Assembly (NCBI GenBank): GCA_000092065.1
Contig: CP000586.1
Reading direction: 5' to 3' (one strand)
From: Ostreococcus lucimarinus
Lineage: Eukaryota
Length of the DNA: 64,000 nucleotides
Each line of letters starts with the position of its first letter. The first letter of the stretch is position 1. Below the pieces are notes generated by a model that was given only the letters and a program-made list of their open reading frames with translations, was not told the origin of the DNA and did no database searches. Positions 56,840 through 64,000 of this stretch are shown piece after piece. A program made the position numbers and the translations under genes.

Positions 56840-58042
56840 ATGCGCGGCGCGTGCGCCAAGTGCGTCGCGCGGTGCGCGGCGCCGATGTTCGCGCGACGGG
56901 CGCCGTGCGTCGCGCCGCTCGCGTCGGCGCGCGGCGCGCGAACGTCGGCGCCGCGCGTTCAAAGTTTGAATCATCAGCGACACCATCAACGACGCGCGAA
57001 AGCGACGACGACGACGACGAACCGACGCGCGATGACGGCGGTGGCGTCCTCGATCGACGGCCGCGCGGACGCGGCGTCGACGTCGGCGACGTCGATCGCG
57101 AAGGATGCGGATGAACCGCATCTCATCCTCGTCGACGGGTTGAGCTTTGTGTTTCGAGCGTACTACGGTTGGAACGCGCGCGGAAGCGGCGAAGGACTGA
57201 CGAACTCGGCTGGAGAGGATACGTCGGTGTTGTACTCGTACGCGCACACGATATGCTCGCTGTTGGAGCTGAAACCGACGCACTTGGCGGTGTGCATGGA
57301 TGCGAAAGGAAAGACGTTTCGACACGAAATGTTCGTCGAGTACAAGGCGAATCGACCGCCGACGCCGGAGCCGTTATTGGAGCTCATACCGAAGGTCGAG
57401 CAGCTCGTGCGGGACATGGGGGTGCCGTTATTGAGGTTGAGTGGGGTTGAGGCGGACGATATCATCGGTACGGTGAGCAGACGCGCCAGTGATGCGGGCT
57501 TTCGAGTGAGCATTTGCTCGCCGGACAAAGACTTTTATCAGTTGCTCGGGCCGAAGACGAAGATGTTGAAGCCGAGCAAGAGCAGCAAGGGCGATCCGTT
57601 TGATCCGTTCACGGTTGATGATTTCCGAGCGATGCACAACAACGTCATCGAACCCGAGCAATTCATTGATTTTTTGGCCCTCGTCGGGGACAGCGCCGAT
57701 AACATTCCGGGCGTCGAGGGCGTCGGCCCGAAGACGGCGTTGGCGTTGCTCGAACAGTACGGCGACATCGAAAGCGCGCTCGCCAACGCGGCGAACGTCA
57801 AGGGCAAACGCGCGCGCGAGAGTTTATTGAGCGAAAAGGGTGCGGCGAGCGCGGCGCTCTCCAGACGTCTCGTGGAGATTCGTCAAAATTTAACCGTGCC
57901 GTCGCTCAACGAGCCGCTGCTCCCGCTCGACAGCCTTCGCGTGCGCCCGCCCGCTGACGGCGGCGCCGCCGCGACACGCGCTTTCGAGCGCTACGAATTA
58001 GACACCGCCTTCGAACGATGGCGTCGGCTCGCGCTCAGCTAA
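56840..58042 (+). CDS. 5'-3' exonuclease (Pol I N-terminal/FEN-like, 53EXO family) with an N-terminal presequence. It is probably organellar.
   Basis: LILVDGLSFVFRAYY, ...AVCMDAKGKTFRHEMFVEYKANR, GVEADDIIGT and HhH2 (GVEGVGPKTALALLEQYG) are present. ATG at 56840. Confidence 0.7.
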   Translation: MRGACAKCVARCAAPMFARRAPCVAPLASARGARTSAPRVQSLNHQRHHQRRAKATTTTTNRRAMTAVASSIDGRADAASTSATSIAKDADEPHLILVDGLSFVFRAYYGWNARGSGEGLTNSAGEDTSVLYSYAHTICSLLELKPTHLAVCMDAKGKTFRHEMFVEYKANRPPTPEPLLELIPKVEQLVRDMGVPLLRLSGVEADDIIGTVSRRASDAGFRVSICSPDKDFYQLLGPKTKMLKPSKSSKGDPFDPFTVDDFRAMHNNVIEPEQFIDFLALVGDSADNIPGVEGVGPKTALALLEQYGDIESALANAANVKGKRARESLLSEKGAASAALSRRLVEIRQNLTVPSLNEPLLPLDSLRVRPPADGGAAATRAFERYELDTAFERWRRLALS

Positions 58043-58278
58043 TCGCGCGCGGCGGCCTCGTCATGTAATATTTCTACGCTCGTTGTTTAAGCACCCGTCG
58101 CGCGATTTGGGCTCCAACACCCTCTTCAATTTGGGCACCGCGAAACCGCACACACGCGCGCGCACGGCGATCGACGCGCGCGAGTCTCGACGAGACAAGA
58201 AAGAAACCAAGTCTCGAACGCACCGCTCGTCGCGCGTCGACGCGTCGACGCGTGGGTGTCGGCGGTCGCCGCGCGATC

Positions 58279-60111
58279 ATGTCGGACGGCGAGCGCGCCG
58301 GATTGTTGGCGGACGCCGAGACCCCGCAGACGACGAAACACAACTCGCGATGGATCGCGAAGCGATGGCGCGTCTTCGCCGCGCTCGGCGCGGGGGCGTG
58401 CTTGCTCGCGATGGGCGTGGCCACGCGCGCGGCGCGCTCGAACGAAGCCGCGCTCGGCGCGAACGAAGACCAAGTGAAGCGCGAGACGATCGACGCGCGG
58501 CTCAAGTCGGTGTTTGGGATATCGTTAGAAGATTTCGCCGCGCTCGTGAGGGATGAGAACGATGTGCAGATTGCGGGGAAGGAGTTGTACGAGAAGAAGA
58601 AGCAGTATAAGAGGCTGCAGCAGATGGAGCGGGCGTGGGAAAAGACGGAGGCGGCGGCGTTGACGAAGGCGCGGGAGGAAAGAGAGCTCGATGCGGCGTC
58701 TGCGCCGCTGTCGACGCCACAAAGCGATTTGATCAGCGATAGTGAGCCAGTGGAGGCACTCGTAGAGAGTGAAACGCCTGTGGAGTTGGAATCAAGCAAC
58801 AAAACCGCTGACGCCGTTGGCGAGAGGGAGGCGCCAGCAGAAGAGTCGAGCGACGGAGCCGCGGATTCTATCGCCGTACTGAAGCACACGCTCGAAGTGC
58901 CGGTAAAGGTGCTCGCGAGAGAGGATAAGCGACATGCTCGGCGGAAGTTGCGCAGGGGTGTCGAGGCGCAACTGGGCGCCATCGAAGAGTACGACGACAA
59001 CGAGGAAATCGCCGAAGAATCGTCGGCGATTTTGCCCGTGTATTTCCATACGGAGAAGAGCGGTGGAACATCACTCGTGTTGCACACGCTAGAGCTCGTG
59101 AATTCGGACAACGATGACGTGCTCGGTTTGATCAATCGTGTGCGCAGCGAAGACGTCATGCTTGACAAAGATCTGCGTGCGAAACATGCGTTGTGCCCGG
59201 GGAGCGCTATGTTTTTGACGACGGTGTGGAAGGCTGGGACGGTTTGGGAACCGGGACATCCGCGTCCGCTCGAGGATTCGACGCGGGAGAATTGGGAAAA
59301 ATGTCGATTGTTGTCGAGTCATACCGGTCGAGAACTCTTGCGCCGAACAACAGAACTTGAAGCGGAACTCGGACTATCACGTCCAAAGATTCTCATGGGC
59401 ATGTTCCGCGACCCCGCGGAGTATGAACAAGCAGCATGGCGAAGCGAGCTGTTCATGTATCACGATCTTCGCGCCAAACTTGGCTGGGGAAAGCTCGCGC
59501 AAACCCCACTCGGATCCGCGCTCACTCAGGAAGAGCTGAAGGACTTCGGAGCCGACAGCAAGTTCGCCAAAATCATGCTCGAGGATCACTGCAAAGCCGG
59601 CTTGGATAAGAACTTCCAAACGAAGAAGTTACTCGAGGATAAGTGGACGTCCATGAAGGACAACCACGACGCCATCATGGCGCTTGCGAAAGAGCGAGTG
59701 ATGGAGCTTGATTGGGTCGGTTTGACGCATCGCTTCGACGAAAGCGCGTGCGTGCTCGCGTATACTTTGCGAAGACAGCCGCTATCGACGAGTGATAGCA
59801 ACTACGACAGAGGAAGTTTGTTGCCGGCGACGCTCAGGGCCAACCACCCGCACAGCGGCGATCATAGTGAAGGAGCCATGGATCCAGGGCTGAAAGCGAA
59901 GCTGTACGAGTGCAACGACTTAGATGCCGCGGTTTTCAAGCTCGCAGAGACCCGCTTTGAGGCAAAGAAAACCGAGATGATGGAAACCTTACAACGGGCA
60001 ATATCGGCGAGCGAACAGCTGAGGCCGATTCGCGGCGGCGGCGAGCACCAGATGTTGGATCCGAAACCGTACATCGATTGCATGCATCAAGCTGGGATGG
60101 GAGCAGCGTGA
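58279..60111 (+). CDS. Type II membrane sulfotransferase-like protein (Golgi carbohydrate sulfotransferase fold).
   Basis: An N-terminal signal anchor (WRVFAALGAGACLLAMGVA) is present. The 5'-PSB-like motif is PVYFHTEKSGGTSL (compare HIPKTGGTS). ATG at 58279. Confidence 0.45.
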   Translation: MSDGERAGLLADAETPQTTKHNSRWIAKRWRVFAALGAGACLLAMGVATRAARSNEAALGANEDQVKRETIDARLKSVFGISLEDFAALVRDENDVQIAGKELYEKKKQYKRLQQMERAWEKTEAAALTKAREERELDAASAPLSTPQSDLISDSEPVEALVESETPVELESSNKTADAVGEREAPAEESSDGAADSIAVLKHTLEVPVKVLAREDKRHARRKLRRGVEAQLGAIEEYDDNEEIAEESSAILPVYFHTEKSGGTSLVLHTLELVNSDNDDVLGLINRVRSEDVMLDKDLRAKHALCPGSAMFLTTVWKAGTVWEPGHPRPLEDSTRENWEKCRLLSSHTGRELLRRTTELEAELGLSRPKILMGMFRDPAEYEQAAWRSELFMYHDLRAKLGWGKLAQTPLGSALTQEELKDFGADSKFAKIMLEDHCKAGLDKNFQTKKLLEDKWTSMKDNHDAIMALAKERVMELDWVGLTHRFDESACVLAYTLRRQPLSTSDSNYDRGSLLPATLRANHPHSGDHSEGAMDPGLKAKLYECNDLDAAVFKLAETRFEAKKTEMMETLQRAISASEQLRPIRGGGEHQMLDPKPYIDCMHQAGMGAA

Positions 60112-60126
60112 TAATAGACTAGCAAG

Positions 60127-60131
60127 TGTAA
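60127..60131 (+). promoter_or_regulatory. UGUAA poly(A) signal for the sulfotransferase gene.
   Basis: TGTAA lies 16 nt after the stop. Confidence 0.35.
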
Positions 60132-60157
60132 TCAACGGGCTAAAATCTAAATAGCTA

Positions 60158-63100
60158 CTAGCAAATTTCGAGTGACTTGAGCGGCGTTGCAGCCGTCGCT
60201 TGCGCTGGTTTGAAATTCAAGAGCGTTTGAAGTCGAGTCTTTGACTGCGCCGAAAGCTGTCCCACGACGCTGCGGAACGGGTCCGCGCACGCTGCAGCTA
60301 GCCTCACCAAGATCGAGGACGCTAATGTACCGCATGTTGTGTCGATAGCCCTATCTGGTATTCCTTCAGGCGAAGTGACATCGACCGCGATGGCGAGGAA
60401 GATAGCGAGCGACGTCAAGCACATCTTGTCGTCCTTCTCATCTTTCAGTAAAAGGAAAGCGGCAGCCCAAGTCTGTAAGCTTTCAGTCACAAAATCCATT
60501 GAATCCAAACTCTTTGCGACGCCGTCGATCTTTTTGGCGTAGAATTTCCGAATTACCGAGCGCGCACACCCGGCAAGAGTGTGTCCAGTCATCGTCAACG
60601 CCAGAAGCATCACATCAGAATCGGCCAGGCGTATCCCTCGAAGCGCACTGAGACGATACTTTGCTAGAGATGGGTCGGTGAATAAATGCTGCATCAAAGC
60701 ATCGACACGCGTCGCTGCTCGTTTACTTCTCTTAGCTAGACGCAAAGACGTAATCATCATTTTGCAGAAAGCGTCTTCGCCCGCCGCACCCTGGCACATG
60801 ATGTCGGCCAACAAGTTGGCGGTGTCCCAAAGCGCAATTGGCTGGATCTTGTCGCACGCAGTTAGAGCTTCGATGAAACATGCAACTTCGGTGAACACAT
60901 CTTCGCTGCTCGCATGTAGCGTCACCGCGTCACGTATGACGGCGATTTCGCTCGGAAGAAGGCCATATATTTGGCGAGAAATGAGGTTTTTCGCCGCACG
61001 AAGTGCGTGTATCACGTGAGACTTTGAAGGCAGACGAGGCGTCCCGAAGCCACAAATGATTGCCTTAAAGCAAAGTTGACGAACCAACTCGTGATTATCT
61101 GTTTGCTCTTGTACAATGGTGGAGATCGCAAAGATGATTGCCATCATCTCGTCGTCGGAGAACTGCTCGTTCGGATTTCGAACAGCGGCGATCCATTTCG
61201 CATTCATCGACATCAAAACGTCTTCAGGTATCACCGACGGAGCACTGGATGTGATTCTCGCAATACTCACAACGAGCGTATTTCTGGCTTGCGTTGCGAC
61301 AGTTTCGTTACACTCTTTGCCGCATAGAATCTTAGAGGTCCCCTCCTGCCAGTCGCGTGCAATCTTTGTCGCCACATTGGCCAGTCGTTGAGTCATAGCG
61401 GTGTCGTCGCCCGTGATACCACTCGTAAGCGCGCTCGAAACCAGGCGTAACAATGCTACAAACGCCTCCAGAGATGCATTACTCGCATCGGTCGCTCGCA
61501 TAGCTGATACAAGTTGGGCCTGGTATTGCTCCAAGACAAACGTCGCTCGACAATCCACATCTGCGACAGAGTCCGGATCCTCATCTTGTGCCCAAAGATC
61601 CATCAAGTTTGAGAACATCTCTAGACCTGGTGCGTGAAGCGCCATGACTGGGGACACCGAAAGCCGATATGCGACGTCAAACGCAGATTGGGAGTGCAAG
61701 GCAAGCCATTGGTCACCCGCGCCGGCGGTGGCGCTTCGTCGAGCCGCAGCGAGATTTCTGTGCTCAATTTCCTCGCCCACAAAGGACGGCACTTGCGATA
61801 GCAGCTGTGCTGCAAATAAACGCGTGCTCAATTTCGGCGCACCGCGCTCAATATCACGAGAAGCCCTGTCATCGAATGCACGAAGATCGACATCGCCACC
61901 GCCGTCATCGTCATCGTCATACGAGATGGACGCGACATTTTTCTCTGGACTCGCAGAGTATAAGGCCACGTTCGATAGATTCGTCATGCCTTCGCCTGGT
62001 CTAAGACGGCATACGTCTCTTACGAAGAGTTCTACGCAGCGCTCAATCGTTCGACGAGTTTTGGGGTCACTCTCGCGATCCAAAACAATTAGGAGTTCGG
62101 CGTCCAACCCAGACAGAGACGCCACGTTCGAGCTGTCTCGCTCGAGTAAATGTCTAAGCATCGACATTACCGCCTTTGTTGTCGATGAATCCGTCGCTGT
62201 TTTTAACATCACTCGAAGGTCCGCCAGAAGCGCGCGTCCTCGCTTCGTTCTCGGAGTGAAGGTCGCGATATGCTGCAAAAACACAGTAGACTCCAGGTTC
62301 GCTGCGGGTTCGTCGCTTTCGCCAAGAATTTCAATCAACGATTCTGCACGCTTGAATATGAGAGAATCGTGATCCAAGTCTGGGCCAATGGCCGATACAG
62401 CCGTATTCACTAAGCGCGCTGCGGTGACACGAGTCAGCACTCCGTTATCTTCGTCCATCAAGAACGGTGCGTCTGCCAACGCGAGGGCTAAATTGACGCT
62501 GTCTTCGGCGTCCCTCACAAAACTCTGACCAGTGTGTGAACCAATTACGCATATTCCATGCGCTGACCATATATGTGACGAACGAGTGTGATCAACCTGC
62601 ATGCTCATCTGCAGTAAATTTGTGATCGCGGGCGTGCACGCCTGTCTCAGCGCCATTGCGCCAGCGTTGCGGAACGTCGCAGCGATGGACAAAGCCGCGA
62701 TGTTTCGCGCCGACGTGTCTGCTGGCAGCGTGAGCAGGTCTTTCGATACTCGGATAGTTTCACCAACGAGACTATCAGAATCTGGATGAAGCGCATTTGC
62801 ATAAGCTGTGATTTCTGCAATAGCGCGCCAGTGTTGCGTTGATGAAAACTCGGCATAGCGAATGACATTCGCCACCTTTTTGAACTGAGACATTATCACG
62901 GAGTCTTGAGTCTTCGTGTTCTCGACGATGTGTTTCACAGCCGAGAGGACATCGGCGCTCAACAAAGTAAGCATCGTCACGCGCTCGTTGTACTCGTCGA
63001 TTCCATCCGATTTCGTCCTTCGAGACTTGAATGGCGAGCCCAGTGCACTCAGTGCTTTGCTCTGAATGACGTCGATGGCGTTTTGCTTTTTCGGTATAAA

Positions 63101-63883
63101 AACACCTTGCTCGCACAGTTCGCGCGCGTCAGACGGTGTATCGATCACTCGATGAGCGGTGTTGAGAAAGTGATGCAAGATGCCCATGCGCAGCTCTGGC
63201 GATGCCGTGAACACTCGAGCCATTTGTAAGCCCTGCGCCTGTCGCGTCGCTGCTCGCATAGATCGCGCTTTAGGATATGCATGCGTTTCAGACAAACCAA
63301 TCCAGACGCGTGGATGAGGCGAGTCAGCCGATCCTTCGAAGGTGTGTAACTCATCCAAGTTGACATCAGAATTTGTCGGCCAAGGTCCGAGATGCGAGTC
63401 TTCTGTGCTTAGTTGCGCCTTCAGAAAGTTCTCTGGTTGACGTTCATCGATTTGCGCCGAAGACCGCGAAGCTGTTTGACACAGTGCCACGATTCGACCG
63501 TGCAACTCGCTGTAAAATCCCGTATCCTCGACCGAGTTGAGAAGTTCAAACATTCTAAACCGAAACAATGACTTTGCACGCTCGTCGGCAACAGAAATTT
63601 GTCTAGCGCTTAGTATGCGTTCCGTAGCCGTGATGCCCGAAAGCAGCAGAGGTATGAGACTCGACGATTCACTTTGTTTCCCTATGAGCCATGCAGACAG
63701 GGCTTCGGCGGCGGCAGCGGCGGCGTATATCTCGCCTGGTTCGCCCTCAACTCCACTTTCCACGACTGCGTCGAACGTTGCAGTCAGCGCGAACTTGATC
63801 GAAACGCCGCACATCTCAGACGCCACAGTGGCACCGGAACCGACAAGACACGCGGAGATGACGATCCATCCACCTTCGCGCAC
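60158..63883 (-). CDS. Large HEAT/ARM-repeat (alpha-solenoid) protein, more than 1240 aa. It is probably 5' partial. The gene is markedly lower in GC than its neighbours.
   Basis: The ORF is uninterrupted at 3.7 kb and runs to within 117 nt of the window edge. Helical-repeat composition is present throughout. No specific family assigned. Confidence 0.4.
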   Translation of the reverse strand: MREGGWIVISACLVGSGATVASEMCGVSIKFALTATFDAVVESGVEGEPGEIYAAAAAAEALSAWLIGKQSESSSLIPLLLSGITATERILSARQISVADERAKSLFRFRMFELLNSVEDTGFYSELHGRIVALCQTASRSSAQIDERQPENFLKAQLSTEDSHLGPWPTNSDVNLDELHTFEGSADSPHPRVWIGLSETHAYPKARSMRAATRQAQGLQMARVFTASPELRMGILHHFLNTAHRVIDTPSDARELCEQGVFIPKKQNAIDVIQSKALSALGSPFKSRRTKSDGIDEYNERVTMLTLLSADVLSAVKHIVENTKTQDSVIMSQFKKVANVIRYAEFSSTQHWRAIAEITAYANALHPDSDSLVGETIRVSKDLLTLPADTSARNIAALSIAATFRNAGAMALRQACTPAITNLLQMSMQVDHTRSSHIWSAHGICVIGSHTGQSFVRDAEDSVNLALALADAPFLMDEDNGVLTRVTAARLVNTAVSAIGPDLDHDSLIFKRAESLIEILGESDEPAANLESTVFLQHIATFTPRTKRGRALLADLRVMLKTATDSSTTKAVMSMLRHLLERDSSNVASLSGLDAELLIVLDRESDPKTRRTIERCVELFVRDVCRLRPGEGMTNLSNVALYSASPEKNVASISYDDDDDGGGDVDLRAFDDRASRDIERGAPKLSTRLFAAQLLSQVPSFVGEEIEHRNLAAARRSATAGAGDQWLALHSQSAFDVAYRLSVSPVMALHAPGLEMFSNLMDLWAQDEDPDSVADVDCRATFVLEQYQAQLVSAMRATDASNASLEAFVALLRLVSSALTSGITGDDTAMTQRLANVATKIARDWQEGTSKILCGKECNETVATQARNTLVVSIARITSSAPSVIPEDVLMSMNAKWIAAVRNPNEQFSDDEMMAIIFAISTIVQEQTDNHELVRQLCFKAIICGFGTPRLPSKSHVIHALRAAKNLISRQIYGLLPSEIAVIRDAVTLHASSEDVFTEVACFIEALTACDKIQPIALWDTANLLADIMCQGAAGEDAFCKMMITSLRLAKRSKRAATRVDALMQHLFTDPSLAKYRLSALRGIRLADSDVMLLALTMTGHTLAGCARSVIRKFYAKKIDGVAKSLDSMDFVTESLQTWAAAFLLLKDEKDDKMCLTSLAIFLAIAVDVTSPEGIPDRAIDTTCGTLASSILVRLAAACADPFRSVVGQLSAQSKTRLQTLLNFKPAQATAATPLKSLEIC

Positions 63884-64000
63884 GCGTGCGCTTCCTGGTC
63901 CCGTCGCGCACTTGATACCAAGTGCAACCGCATCACGAAGTATATTCGACGGTAAGCCGCACGTGAACTCGGCACCAATCGAGACTAAGGTGGCGATGTG

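Noticed and set aside
60158-63883. Assigning the HEAT-repeat protein to a named family (HEATR5/SWEETIE, ECM29, etc.).
   Set aside because: I could not recall a diagnostic motif. It is left as a generic alpha-solenoid protein.

Overview
This 64 kb window looks like nuclear DNA from a GC-rich, intron-poor, very gene-dense eukaryote. The best fit is a picoplanktonic green alga of the Micromonas/Ostreococcus type. Several lines of evidence support this.

- Almost every real gene is a single uninterrupted ORF; only one clear spliceosomal intron is visible.
- Intergenic spacers are 50-300 bp.
- The one RNA gene is a 72-nt eukaryotic tRNA-Thr(AGU) with a downstream T7 Pol III terminator.
- UGUAA-type poly(A) signals sit just downstream of several stop codons.
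- The gene content is plant-lineage: CCA1/LHY-like SHAQKYF MYB, TIC236/TamB, DA1 peptidase, raffinose synthase, DUF506, and a pTAC13-like NusG/KOW protein.

I call about 40 protein-coding genes and one tRNA. I see no prokaryotic features, CRISPR arrays or recognisable transposons.

The ORF track uses GTG/CTG/TTG as start codons, so most listed starts were replaced with ATG positions checked in the sequence. Many long Arg/Ala/Gly-rich ORFs are antisense artefacts of the ~70-85% GC content and were discarded.

The most unusual observations are:
1. A 915-codon stop-free ORF joining a complete GatA amidase to a complete RF1-type release factor through a Ser/Thr-rich linker.
2. A bacterial-type topoisomerase IA with a C-terminal Lys-rich tail and HMG box.
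3. A J-domain ORF separated from the next same-frame ORF by a single TAA.
4. Many divergent gene pairs whose ATGs lie only 35-85 bp apart, one sharing a CATG.
5. Recurring (GTC/ACG)n microsatellites that encode poly-Thr tracts.
6. Gene-scale GC heterogeneity, roughly 50% versus 70-85%.

I found nothing resembling a self-contained novel system in the sense of a defence island. The interest here is in the fusion architectures and the genome-compaction features.
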